A stretch of 64,000 nucleotides of DNA from a virus (taxonomy: Duplodnaviria > Caudoviricetes). Location of the stretch: IMG/VR virus record IMGVR_UViG_2695421015_000001, positions 1 through 64,000 of that record. One strand, written 5' to 3'. The position numbers were made by a program, and so were the translations under genes. Under the pieces are notes generated by a model. The model ran no database searches and was not told the DNA's origin. It saw only the letters and a program-made list of their open reading frames with translations. Positions 38,593 through 47,253 of the stretch are shown here, piece by piece (within the stretch, counting starts at the first letter, position 1; every line of letters begins with the position of its first letter).

Positions 38593-38787
38593 TTAGCGCC
38601 GCAGTCTCTCCGTGATAGAGAGTATGGCGTTGTAGTCGTCGGCGTCCGGCGGCTTCGAATCGTTGTAGCGCGGAGGCGTGCCTCCGAGCGCCCGATCGTA
38701 GGCGTCGATCTCTGCGGTCACCTCGCCGGCGATCTGCTCGATCTGTAACAGATGCCGGATACGGAAAAAGGCAAGCAACAGTTTCAT
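38593..38787 (-). CDS. hypothetical phage protein
   Basis: RBS GAGGAGAC; coupled to the upstream gene. Confidence 0.6.
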   Translation of the reverse strand: MKLLLAFFRIRHLLQIEQIAGEVTAEIDAYDRALGGTPPRYNDSKPPDADDYNAILSITERLRR

Positions 38788-39194
38788 CGCGCTGTCTCCT
38801 CCGTCAGCATGGCGGACAGTGTGCGGAAGCGATCAGCGGCTTTGTTCTGATCCTCGACGAAGGCCAGGAGCGCCGTTGACAGATGGTAGCGCAGGGTCTT
38901 GGTTGACGCTTCGCTGCGGTCCATCAACAGGTCACCGGGCTTGCCGTCCTCCGAGGTGACGGCCATCTGGAGGAAGTCCGCCAACACCGTTAGCCGATAG
39001 AAATTCAACGCGGCGTTTAGGATGTCTGCCTTCTGGCCGTCCGCCAGATCGGGTCTCTTGCACAGGCCTGATACTGCGATATTGACGGCGAGGGTTGCGC
39101 GCGTGGCGGCCGACATCTTCGGTACCCTCTCCTTCAAGAGGTTGATGAAGGCGTCGGCGTCGAGCTTGGAGAAGTCTGCAGTTGCGTGTTCCAT
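38784..39194 (-). CDS. hypothetical phage protein
   Basis: Leader module at 39216. Confidence 0.75.
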   Translation of the reverse strand: MEHATADFSKLDADAFINLLKERVPKMSAATRATLAVNIAVSGLCKRPDLADGQKADILNAALNFYRLTVLADFLQMAVTSEDGKPGDLLMDRSEASTKTLRYHLSTALLAFVEDQNKAADRFRTLSAMLTEETAR

Positions 39195-39249
39195 AGTCGT
39201 GGTCTCCTTGTGAATGCCGGCTGCGAACCGGCGGTCGAGGTGGGTGGAT

Positions 39250-39483
39250 TTATCGGTCGTCGCGATGCACGATGACGACCTTCTCCGATTTGGGCGCCGT
39301 GCAGGCCCAGATCAGGGCGGCGATCCAGCCGAGGATCGTCCATCCCAAGAGCAGGTTGGTCATGAAGATCGCGAGCGTCTGACGATGCCGGCGGATCAGG
39401 CTGATGGATGTCGGTATGAAGTAGAGCGACAGGATGACGAGGAGCCCGATCAGAGCGGCTCCGTTATCAGAGGTATTGTTCAT
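39250..39483 (-). CDS. superinfection immunity protein (T4 Imm-like family)
   Basis: LYFIPT.I...R.H....IF..NLLLGWT.LGWIAALIWA signature. Confidence 0.92.
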   Translation of the reverse strand: MNNTSDNGAALIGLLVILSLYFIPTSISLIRRHRQTLAIFMTNLLLGWTILGWIAALIWACTAPKSEKVVIVHRDDR

Positions 39484-39535
39484 TGGTGGTCTCCTTGTGA
39501 ATGCCGGCTGCGAACCGGCGGGTGGGTGGCTTGGT

Positions 39536-39775
39536 TTAGATGAAAAGTCGGCGCCGCACTGGCGGCAGCGATATCGCGATCGCCTTTTCGATGGCGCCCA
39601 AGGCTTCGTCGCCCGGGGAGCCGTTCGGGTGCAGTAGCCGGGCGCAACGGATCAGGTACGCCGCGGCATGTTCCTCGCAACAAAAGCGAGGGATCTCAGA
39701 CCTGCGAATGGTGACCGAGATGACGGTATCGGTGCTTTCGCAATTGCCCCAATGGCACATGAACTCACGGGGCAT
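39536..39775 (-). CDS. small Cys-rich hypothetical protein
   Basis: CHWGNC...FCCEEH; RBS GAGGAGG. Confidence 0.6.
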   Translation of the reverse strand: MPREFMCHWGNCESTDTVISVTIRRSEIPRFCCEEHAAAYLIRCARLLHPNGSPGDEALGAIEKAIAISLPPVRRRLFI

Positions 39776-39941
39776 ACGGTACCTCCTCGACCTTCACGAC
39801 CTTCATCGCGACGACCTCGGCCTTGTCCATTAGGCAGTCGCCGCAACTGACGGCAGGGTCGGGGACGCGATCCTCGCGGACGACGTCCGATAACTTGTTG
39901 CAGGATGGGCAGACGACGTGGAAGAGATATCGCCGCTTCAT
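39765..39941 (-). CDS. zinc-ribbon hypothetical protein
   Basis: CPSC...CGDC; leader module at 39963. Confidence 0.65.
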   Translation of the reverse strand: MKRRYLFHVVCPSCNKLSDVVREDRVPDPAVSCGDCLMDKAEVVAMKVVKVEEVPYAP

Positions 39942-40123
39942 TGTTCGGTCTCCTTGGATTGGCGCCGCTGCGAACGGCGGTTGAGTTGTTCTTCGGCCCA
40001 CGCGAGCGCTCCTTCGTAGAACTCGCGGGGGAGGTCGCCGTCACTGTCGCCGACAGCGCCGGCGAGTTTGGCGTGCAGGGCCTCGATGATGGCTTCGAGG
40101 CGGCGGGTGCTGAGTGAAGCCAT
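39938..40123 (-). CDS. hypothetical protein
   Basis: TGATG coupling; its 3' end runs through the next leader module. Confidence 0.55.
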   Translation of the reverse strand: MASLSTRRLEAIIEALHAKLAGAVGDSDGDLPREFYEGALAWAEEQLNRRSQRRQSKETEQ

Positions 40124-40296
40124 CAGACGATCACCTTCCTCACGCGGAAGGTTGCCTTTGGCGAGCGCTTGCGCATGAGCGCAGCGCCAGCCTCCGCCTC
40201 GTCCTCATCGCGATAGGCCTGCATGACGTACCATCTATCGAGGTCGGGCGGCTGTATCTCAACCGCCCATGGCCTCCGCTTGCTGAGGTTTGCCAT
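40123..40296 (-). CDS. hypothetical protein (MANLSKRRP...)
   Basis: RBS GGAGG; TGATG coupling. Confidence 0.65.
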   Translation of the reverse strand: MANLSKRRPWAVEIQPPDLDRWYVMQAYRDEDEAEAGAALMRKRSPKATFRVRKVIV

Positions 40297-40541
40297 CACT
40301 TCGCCTCCCATTGCATGGCGGCGAAGGCGAGGTCCTCGACCAGATCGCGATACGCGGCCGGGTCGGTGCCGGTGCAGTCGAGACGGTTGATCTCGGCGAG
40401 TATCTCGGCTCGCACCAGCGCCTCCTGTAGCGTCTGGCCGAGCCGGGGCCAGCCATGTCCCCATTGCCTCTCGACGTATCTGGCAGCCTCCTTGATCCGT
40501 CGCTGGACGTCGCGCTTCATCGGCTTACTGAGGTTTGCCAT
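40296..40541 (-). CDS. hypothetical protein (MANLSKPMK...)
   Basis: Operon context. Confidence 0.65.
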   Translation of the reverse strand: MANLSKPMKRDVQRRIKEAARYVERQWGHGWPRLGQTLQEALVRAEILAEINRLDCTGTDPAAYRDLVEDLAFAAMQWEAK

Positions 40542-40545
40542 CAGA

Positions 40546-40839
40546 TCACGACGCACAGATCGCGCCGATCATCCAGTGGGTTTTGTCGCCGCGCTTGAAC
40601 CGCACGGCGCGTGCCTCCTCCCACTTGCGGCAGTTCGCGTCGAGATAGTCGTTGGCCGATTTCGCGTCGGCGAACTCGTCGCCGGCGACGAACATCAGGC
40701 CGGAGGCCATGCCGAAGCCGCCGGAGTAGGAGTGCCCGTTCTCGTAACGGTCTTGGTCCTGGGCCTCCGCGAACTTTTGCTTGACCGCCTCGCGGTCCAG
40801 TTTGCCGTCAAGCGTCATCGTCTCAAAATTTGCACCCAT
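40546..40839 (-). CDS. hypothetical phage protein
   Basis: MGANFE...YENGHSYSG...KWE..A...IGAICAS; leader module at 40868. Confidence 0.75.
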   Translation of the reverse strand: MGANFETMTLDGKLDREAVKQKFAEAQDQDRYENGHSYSGGFGMASGLMFVAGDEFADAKSANDYLDANCRKWEEARAVRFKRGDKTHWMIGAICAS

Positions 40840-41047
40840 GGTGCTGGTCTCCTTGATTGGGGTTGATGCCCTCTGCGAAAGGGCGGTTAGCGATCCGGGT
40901 TCTCTAGCTCGTTGGTGAGGCTTCCGAGCCAAACAGGAGTTGCTGCAGCAACGACGACCGCATCCACGATGCGGGCATCGAAGTGTAGGCAGATTTTTGC
41001 GGCGGCCACGCCGATTAGAAAGCGGGCCACCGGCAATACCATCGCTA

Positions 41048-41395
41048 TCAGTGTCCGTGGTGCCATGTCCTGCCACCATCATGCGAGTGATGCCCGCCAG
41101 CCAGCGCCTTGGCGTCGACACGGCGACCTGCGAGCTGTTCGGCGCGGGCGAGTTGCTGTTTCGCCATCGCCGATCCGGTGGACATGATGCGCCGGTAGAC
41201 GCAAGCGTCGGTGACGCCCCTGCGATTGACAGCGGCATCGAGGCCCTCGAACGCGATCGCGCCAGTCGGACCGACCTTCGGCTTGACGCGGCCGTTGACG
41301 ATCGCCTGCGCGACGAGGTCGATGACCTTCTTGATCTCCTCCTTTCGTTCGGTGAGGGTTTGGGTGGGGGTACTTTTCCAAGTGTCGCACGCCAT
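41048..41395 (-). CDS. hypothetical protein associated with the AAA ATPase
   Basis: RBS AAGGAGAG; ends HHSHDGGRTWHHGH. Confidence 0.75.
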   Translation of the reverse strand: MACDTWKSTPTQTLTERKEEIKKVIDLVAQAIVNGRVKPKVGPTGAIAFEGLDAAVNRRGVTDACVYRRIMSTGSAMAKQQLARAEQLAGRRVDAKALAGGHHSHDGGRTWHHGH

Positions 41396-41425
41396 GTTGG
41401 TCTCTCCTTGATGAATGGGAAATGG

Positions 41426-41449
41426 GATCGGCGGCCGAAGCCGCCGATC
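41426..41449 (-). other. stable cUUCGg hairpin in gene leader
   Basis: GATCGGCGGC-TTCG-GCCGCCGATC at the usual leader position but with a different loop. Confidence 0.6.
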
Positions 41450-41460
41450 TGTTACGTGGA

Positions 41461-42342
41461 TCAGTCCATCTCGAACTGTGGCACCTGCACGGCCGGAGCC
41501 GCCGGCGCGAGTGACTCTCCGAGGTCGATCTCCGGAGCGTCGGTTACCGGAACCCCATCCGAGTCCCGGATTATGTCGTTCTCATACGCGGGCACCTCCT
41601 CCATCTCGATCGGAGCCAGGTCAAGCATGCGACCCTCGTGGATGGGGGCAGCGACCTCCGTCGCCTCGTCGAGGTCAAGGAAGCTGGTCCGGGCGGCTGT
41701 GATCTTCTGGATCGACAACAGGTCGATCTCGGCCGCGCTTTGCTCGCCGGCCTTTTTGATCGTGGTAGCCGCGGAGCGAGCAACCTTGATCGCATCCTTG
41801 ACGCGCTCGGCCATTTCAGGGGAGAGCATGGAGCCAAGCTCGCGCGCCCGGTCGGCCGCGTCCCGGATCGCCTTGGGGTCGAACTTGCTGATGCCAGCTT
41901 CCATCGCGGCGAGCAGCTCGCGGACCTCGGCGTTGATGGCTCGCACCGCCTTGACGTCGTCGCTTTCGATCTTGCCGGCAACAACCTCGAAGCTGAGGCG
42001 AGTGGTCGCGGCTCGACGATTGAACTCGTCGGCGAGCGCGCGAGCCTCGTCCACCGATTGGTTCAATGCCGCATAGTTGTCTTCCGGGCAGAGCAGACCG
42101 AACGAGATCGGCGCGCAGGTTTTGGTGACGGTGGCGCGCATCTTGCTCCTCAGTTGCGTCGCCTCCTTCAACTCTGCGGCGTTAGCGATCACACGCTCGG
42201 TCTCCCATCTGCCTTTCAGGCTGCCGTCAGCGTCTTCGGTGTCGGCCTCGAGGATCGTCTTGGAATACTTGACGTTGCCGGTGATACCGGTGCGCATAAT
42301 CACAACGTAACCCGGGCGGATGGTGGTGGTTCGGATCGTCAT
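41461..42342 (-). CDS. helical hypothetical protein associated with the AAA ATPase
   Basis: 293 aa; leader module at 42365. Confidence 0.8.
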   Translation of the reverse strand: MTIRTTTIRPGYVVIMRTGITGNVKYSKTILEADTEDADGSLKGRWETERVIANAAELKEATQLRSKMRATVTKTCAPISFGLLCPEDNYAALNQSVDEARALADEFNRRAATTRLSFEVVAGKIESDDVKAVRAINAEVRELLAAMEAGISKFDPKAIRDAADRARELGSMLSPEMAERVKDAIKVARSAATTIKKAGEQSAAEIDLLSIQKITAARTSFLDLDEATEVAAPIHEGRMLDLAPIEMEEVPAYENDIIRDSDGVPVTDAPEIDLGESLAPAAPAVQVPQFEMD

Positions 42343-42429
42343 AGTGGTGGTCTCCTTGGTGAATGCGGCCTGCGAAGCCGCGTTGGGGTGGTGGTCGGTA
42401 TTGCCGCGGCGGTTATCCGCCGCGGGTAG

Positions 42430-42603
42430 TCATTGCCAGACTTGCAGGCGGCGGCGCCGCCAGCGCGCGACAGACAGAGCAAGCTTTTCTGTCGCGCATG
42501 AGATCGGAATGAACCGGGCGTCCTTGGCGATGCGCCAGTAGCCATTCCGATCGCGATACTCGGCGGTCCAGCCGCCGAGCGAGTTCTGATACGCCCGGAT
42601 CAT
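42430..42603 (-). CDS. 57-aa hypothetical protein with Arg-rich C-terminus (below ORF-track cutoff)
   Basis: MIRAYQNSLGGWTAEY...ARWRRRRLQVWQ; starts 6 nt after the ATPase stop. Confidence 0.5.
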   Translation of the reverse strand: MIRAYQNSLGGWTAEYRDRNGYWRIAKDARFIPISCATEKLALSVARWRRRRLQVWQ

Positions 42604-42609
42604 GGGCGG

Positions 42610-44634
42610 TCAGATATCGAGGACGCGGCCGCCGGCAGCGGCGGCACGCTTGGGCATCGCCACGACCGTTTTTTCTTCGGCCGAGGCGTTACGCACTCCC
42701 TTTTCCTTGACCCAGTCGTTCAGCTTGGAGAGCTTCTCGGCTTGGCTTCTGGACAGGGGTGTCACCTTGGTGGCGACGCGGACCAGGTCGTCAACGGTGA
42801 TCGCCCGCGCACCGTCCGCGAATGCCTTGAACAGCGCATCCGGCACGATGGCGGCGATCTCCGATCCGGTGAACTGGTCGGTCGCCGCGATCACGTCCGC
42901 GATCCCGTTGGGGTCGAGGTCTGTGATACTGCGGCCATGCGCTTTCAGCGCCGCCCGCAACACGCCCAGACGCTCCACCTTGTTTGGCAGGCCAACGAAC
43001 CAGAACTCGTCGAACCTACCCTTGCGGAGTAGCTCCGGCGGCAGGCTCGACACATCGTTCGCGGTGGCGATCACGAACGACTCGCCCTTGCGCTCCTGCA
43101 TCCACTGCAGGAACGAGCCGAGTTGATCGGAGGAGACACCGCCATCCGCACCGCCTTGGGTGGCGCCGGCAAGCGCCTTCTCGATCTCGTCGATCAGCAC
43201 CACGCAGCGACCGATCGCCTCGATGGTGCTTTGGGCCTTGCGCATGTTGGCCTCAGACTCGCCGACGAACTTGCCTTTGAGCGCGCCCAAATCCCACTTG
43301 AGCAGGGGGATGCCGCCGTAGGCGGTGGCGATCGCCTTCGAGGTCAGCGTCTTGCCGCAGCCGGGGATGCCAACGAGGAAGCACCCCTTCGGCGGCGGCA
43401 GGCCGTAGTCGCGCGCCTTCGGGCTGTAGGCGAGGTTTCTCTCCATCAGCCACTCTTTCAGGTTCTCCAGACCGCCGACGTCGTCGAGGCCGCCAGCGAG
43501 CGGGTCGAGCCACTCCAAGTTACCTTCGCGGGCGATCACGCGCTTTTTCTCCTTGGAGATCGTCGCCGGGTCGATCTTGCGCGTCTGCACCAGCGATTTG
43601 GCGAAGCAGGCCTGCGCCTCTTCACCGGAGAGGCCGATAGCGGCGTCGACGGCAGAATCGCGCACGCCGTTGGGCGCCGCTAACGCGCGGATCGGTTTGG
43701 TCTTGTCCGGTATCGGCTTGCCGTCCGCATCGAAGATCTTCTTCTTGGTATCGGGGTCGATCTTGTAATCGAACTCCCGCAACGAATTGATCGAAGCGTC
43801 GAGCAGGGCCGCGATCTCGTCGCGGTCCGGCATCGGCCATTCCATGACGGTGGCATGGTTTGCCAGTTCCGGCGGAACGTCGCGGGACGGCGACAGCACG
43901 ATCAGAACCTGAGCACCCTCGGGCAGCATCCCGGGCAACGAGCGCGCCAGATTACGCACCTGACGGCAGGTCACCATGCCGGGAGGTCCGATCAGCCACG
44001 GCGGCAGATCGCGCATGATCCACGCGCCGCGGTCGGCTTGGTCCGCGGCGCGCTTGGCAATCAGGGCGAGCGCAACGTCGATGCTTTTCCCGTTGTCCTC
44101 GCCAAGGTTAGCGAGGTCGCCGTTCAGTTCGGTGAACCCCTGACCGCAATCCCACATGCGCGGGACGAAGCCAGCCGCAGCGGCCGCCTGCACCAGATAA
44201 CTCTCGGCTCTGCCTTCCTCGCGCGTCACGATCCATAGGAGCGGATTACGGGCGCGGGCGAGGGCGGCAATGTCGGCCGCCAGTTCCTCGCTCTTGGTCT
44301 TGGGCCGCGTCGTTGCGGTCGCCTTCACTTCGGCTTTGGTCTCGACCTTCGGTGCCGCCTTCTCCTTTTTCTTGGCGGGCGGCGCTGCCGCGATCTCGAT
44401 CGGCATGTCGCCATCGACCGTCGCCATCACCTTGTCGTACGCCTCGACGGCTCCCGTCAGGTCGAACGTATCCGGCGTTGCGCGCTCCAGCATGGGCAGA
44501 CTGCCCCACGGTATGGGTCCGAACTGCGACATGAACCCGTCGTCGCCGACAGACTTGACCTCGACGAGTTGGACATTGCTGCCCATACGCATTTCCAGCC
44601 GGTCGCCCGGCTTAATATCTTCACGGTTTAACAT
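42610..44634 (-). CDS. AAA+ ATPase (Ycf46-like)
   Basis: DVGGLENLKEWL, GIPGCGKT, FVGESE, LIDEIEK, ATAN..LPPELLRKGRFD; degenerate N-terminal AAA-like domain. Confidence 0.92.
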   Translation of the reverse strand: MLNREDIKPGDRLEMRMGSNVQLVEVKSVGDDGFMSQFGPIPWGSLPMLERATPDTFDLTGAVEAYDKVMATVDGDMPIEIAAAPPAKKKEKAAPKVETKAEVKATATTRPKTKSEELAADIAALARARNPLLWIVTREEGRAESYLVQAAAAAGFVPRMWDCGQGFTELNGDLANLGEDNGKSIDVALALIAKRAADQADRGAWIMRDLPPWLIGPPGMVTCRQVRNLARSLPGMLPEGAQVLIVLSPSRDVPPELANHATVMEWPMPDRDEIAALLDASINSLREFDYKIDPDTKKKIFDADGKPIPDKTKPIRALAAPNGVRDSAVDAAIGLSGEEAQACFAKSLVQTRKIDPATISKEKKRVIAREGNLEWLDPLAGGLDDVGGLENLKEWLMERNLAYSPKARDYGLPPPKGCFLVGIPGCGKTLTSKAIATAYGGIPLLKWDLGALKGKFVGESEANMRKAQSTIEAIGRCVVLIDEIEKALAGATQGGADGGVSSDQLGSFLQWMQERKGESFVIATANDVSSLPPELLRKGRFDEFWFVGLPNKVERLGVLRAALKAHGRSITDLDPNGIADVIAATDQFTGSEIAAIVPDALFKAFADGARAITVDDLVRVATKVTPLSRSQAEKLSKLNDWVKEKGVRNASAEEKTVVAMPKRAAAAGGRVLDI

Positions 44635-44682
44635 TGATGGTCTCCTTGTAGAGGGCGCTGCGAACGCCCGGTTGGGATTGTA

Positions 44683-45138
44683 TCAGATCACTTCGACGGT
44701 GATCCGTAGTTTTTTATTGCCCGTCGCGGTACCGCCGCGGCGGAGGCCATTGTGCTCGCCGATGAATTTCTTGAGCAGCGCATGCCCCTTCTCCTCATCC
44801 CAGCTATGCAGCCGGACGAAGGTGGTCTCGGGGCCCGGAATCTCTCCGGTCAGAGACTGGCCGCCGTCCGTAGTCTCGACGGCGGGCTTGCCCTCCATCA
44901 CCAGCTTCACGGTGTCCCACCCCATGACGCGGCGGGCGTTGGCGACAAGATCCTCGAACTGTTCGCGGCTGAGGAACTCGGTCGCGGACTGGTCGGCGCT
45001 GCCGATTTCCAAGACCAGTTCCGGCCTGCTCTTGCGACCGTGTCGCCTTGGCAGCGGCCCGACGGTGACGCGACGGCGGTCGCTTTCTTCCTCGCCTCTG
45101 TGTCTCCGCTCGAGAAACACGGCGTATTGTTCTGACAT
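44683..45138 (-). CDS. hypothetical phage protein
   Basis: RBS AGGAGACC; 151 aa. Confidence 0.7.
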   Translation of the reverse strand: MSEQYAVFLERRHRGEEESDRRRVTVGPLPRRHGRKSRPELVLEIGSADQSATEFLSREQFEDLVANARRVMGWDTVKLVMEGKPAVETTDGGQSLTGEIPGPETTFVRLHSWDEEKGHALLKKFIGEHNGLRRGGTATGNKKLRITVEVI

Positions 45139-45166
45139 GGTGTTGGTCTCCTGTTTTGGTTTGGGG

Positions 45167-45256
45167 TTAGCGCCAGGTCCAGCCGATCGTCATCAACGAA
45201 CCAACGACGAGGCCGATCAGCAGGAAGAGGAGGTCGCGTTCAAAGCGGTCGAGCAT
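45167..45256 (-). CDS. 29-aa membrane peptide
   Basis: MLDRFERDLLFLLIGLVVGSLMTIGWTWR; TGATG coupling. Confidence 0.5.
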   Translation of the reverse strand: MLDRFERDLLFLLIGLVVGSLMTIGWTWR

Positions 45257-45444
45257 CAATTGCGCGGACCCTTCGGTAGTTTGGTGAAGCGGACGACCTT
45301 GAACTTTTCAGGGTCGCCGTCGTCCCGCGGCGTGGTGTAGAACTCGCCGTGGATGCAGTCGCGCGCCTCGCGGAGCGCGACGTATTGAGGGCAGGGCTTG
45401 TCCATGCGGACGGTGACGACGAAGGAGTGGAGTTTCTGCTTCAT
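45256..45444 (-). CDS. hypothetical protein
   Basis: TGATG coupling. Confidence 0.6.
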   Translation of the reverse strand: MKQKLHSFVVTVRMDKPCPQYVALREARDCIHGEFYTTPRDDGDPEKFKVVRFTKLPKGPRN

Positions 45445-45656
45445 CACAGGTACTCGCAGGCACACGCATCGAGTTCCTCCGACTCCTCCGGAGAGATGGC
45501 GGCGCCGCACTCAGGGCATTCGTCATCGCACCCGCAGGACCACTCGTCGGTCCACGACACGTCGCAGTCGTCGCAATGGTAGGAGTTGCGGACCGCAGGC
45601 ATGCAATTCGGCTCACACTCGAACTGGTGCTCGCATCCGGGTTTCTTGGTGAGCAT
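45444..45656 (-). CDS. Cys-rich zinc-ribbon protein
   Basis: NSYHCDDC..WTDEWSCGCDDECPECG..ISP. Confidence 0.7.
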   Translation of the reverse strand: MLTKKPGCEHQFECEPNCMPAVRNSYHCDDCDVSWTDEWSCGCDDECPECGAAISPEESEELDACACEYL

Positions 45657-45659
45657 GGT

Positions 45660-46082
45660 TCACTCCATCATGTCGGCGATGAACTGTATCCGCTCGGGAT
45701 ACATTTTATGCAGGCGAAGCAGCCGGACGATATCCGGCCGCGTGTAGAAGCCCGGCTTCACGCCGTGGCGGTTCGTCGGCACGAAAGTCGGGGCGGCGCT
45801 CGGGGTGCCGTCGACCTCCAGCTGGGTGATCCAGACGTCGCCGTCATCGTCGCCGAGTTGATCCAGGTCGCACCCCATCTGATCGGCGCGCGCCTTTCGG
45901 GCGCGAAGCAGATCGGCCTCCCACGTCTCCGGCTTGGCGTCTTGGGGCTGTTCGATCCATGCGAACAGATCGTTGACGAGTCCGGCGGCGACCTTGTCGG
46001 CACCCGCCTTGGTGGCGTGCGCGGTCATCGGTCGGCCGGGGACATGGAAGTGGTCGCCTTGAACGATAAAGACCTTAGCCAT
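45660..46082 (-). CDS. hypothetical phage protein
   Basis: RBS GAGG; MAKVFIVQG. Confidence 0.7.
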   Translation of the reverse strand: MAKVFIVQGDHFHVPGRPMTAHATKAGADKVAAGLVNDLFAWIEQPQDAKPETWEADLLRARKARADQMGCDLDQLGDDDGDVWITQLEVDGTPSAAPTFVPTNRHGVKPGFYTRPDIVRLLRLHKMYPERIQFIADMME

Positions 46083-46308
46083 TGGACACCTCACATTCTG
46101 AATCGAGGATCGTGCAGCCATCCGGAGACACGCCGGGGTCGAACAGCATCCGCAGCGCGGCGCTGACATCGCCGTCGGGGACGATGTTGCTGGCGTCCTC
46201 GTCAGTTTCGTTTGGGTTTTCGTCGAGGTAACGCTGTCTGGCGGCGCCAATCAGCGCGACCTCGTTGTCGATCGTGACGAAGATCGACACTTCGGCAGTG
46301 GTCGTCAT
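46075..46308 (-). CDS. hypothetical phage protein
   Basis: Leader module at 46328. Confidence 0.7.
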   Translation of the reverse strand: MTTTAEVSIFVTIDNEVALIGAARQRYLDENPNETDEDASNIVPDGDVSAALRMLFDPGVSPDGCTILDSECEVSNG

Positions 46309-46352
46309 GTTTGGTCTCCTTGATGTTGGGCCTGCGAAGCCCGGTTGGTGGA

Positions 46353-47219
46353 TTAGTTGGTCTCGGGGACGTACTCGCCCTTCGCTTCGGCGATCAGGCA
46401 TCCGATCTCGTTGAAGAGATCGGTTTGCCATTCGGCGCTCCTGTCCTTGAAAAGAGTCTCTGCTTCCATCTTGGCGTGGATGCCATCTAGCGTCGAAAGC
46501 ATCTTGCCGTTCAGTTTTTGCAGACGGGCGATCTCGGCGGCATTGCGGACGATGTTGGCGGCCTCATTGACGAGAGCGATGGACTCTCCCGACAACATCA
46601 CGCCGAGCGAGCGAGCTTTCTCGGCAGCGGCCTGCACGTCCGGCTCCTTCGGCTTGTCGAACAAAGGCGCGCCGCACTGGTAGCAGTACCCGGTTTCCGT
46701 CGGTTGGTCCCACGCGAGACCCTTGGCACGGCATGACGCGCAGCACCCTTGACCGTCTCCATCCTTGATCGTGAGCGGCGGGACCTTGTCGCTCTCGAAG
46801 CGAGCAAGGTCGTCGATGACCTCGCGAAGGTATTCGCCGCTCGACTCGCGCCCGCGCAGCTCTTTGAGATTGAGCGTCGGCTCGTATCCCTGTGCAGAGG
46901 CGGAGCACTCCTCGACGTGGGTGCCTGGCTTCCAAATCTGGATGCCGGAGTCCCACTCGTATCCGGCGTCGAAGTGCAGCCAGAACGGCAGGTCGTTCTC
47001 CACACAGAAGTCGATAACTGTGGCGGGGTTGCCGCAGTTGACCTGACCTTGCAGGATCAGGCTCTCGTTCTTGTTGGCGACGTCGCGAACCTGATTTTCA
47101 TCATCAGGGCCGATGGCCATTTCGGAAAAGTCATCCTCGATCGTCGCGAGTAGATCGTCGATTTTGCTGGCTGGTATCGGGCCGCCGATATGCATCGTGG
47201 TCCATGTCATCTCAGTCAT
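46353..47219 (-). CDS. hypothetical protein with zinc ribbon and coiled coil
   Basis: CASC...CYQCG; leader module at 47237. Confidence 0.75.
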   Translation of the reverse strand: MTEMTWTTMHIGGPIPASKIDDLLATIEDDFSEMAIGPDDENQVRDVANKNESLILQGQVNCGNPATVIDFCVENDLPFWLHFDAGYEWDSGIQIWKPGTHVEECSASAQGYEPTLNLKELRGRESSGEYLREVIDDLARFESDKVPPLTIKDGDGQGCCASCRAKGLAWDQPTETGYCYQCGAPLFDKPKEPDVQAAAEKARSLGVMLSGESIALVNEAANIVRNAAEIARLQKLNGKMLSTLDGIHAKMEAETLFKDRSAEWQTDLFNEIGCLIAEAKGEYVPETN

Positions 47220-47253
47220 GATGGTCTCCTTGTGATGGGCCTGCGAAGCCCGG

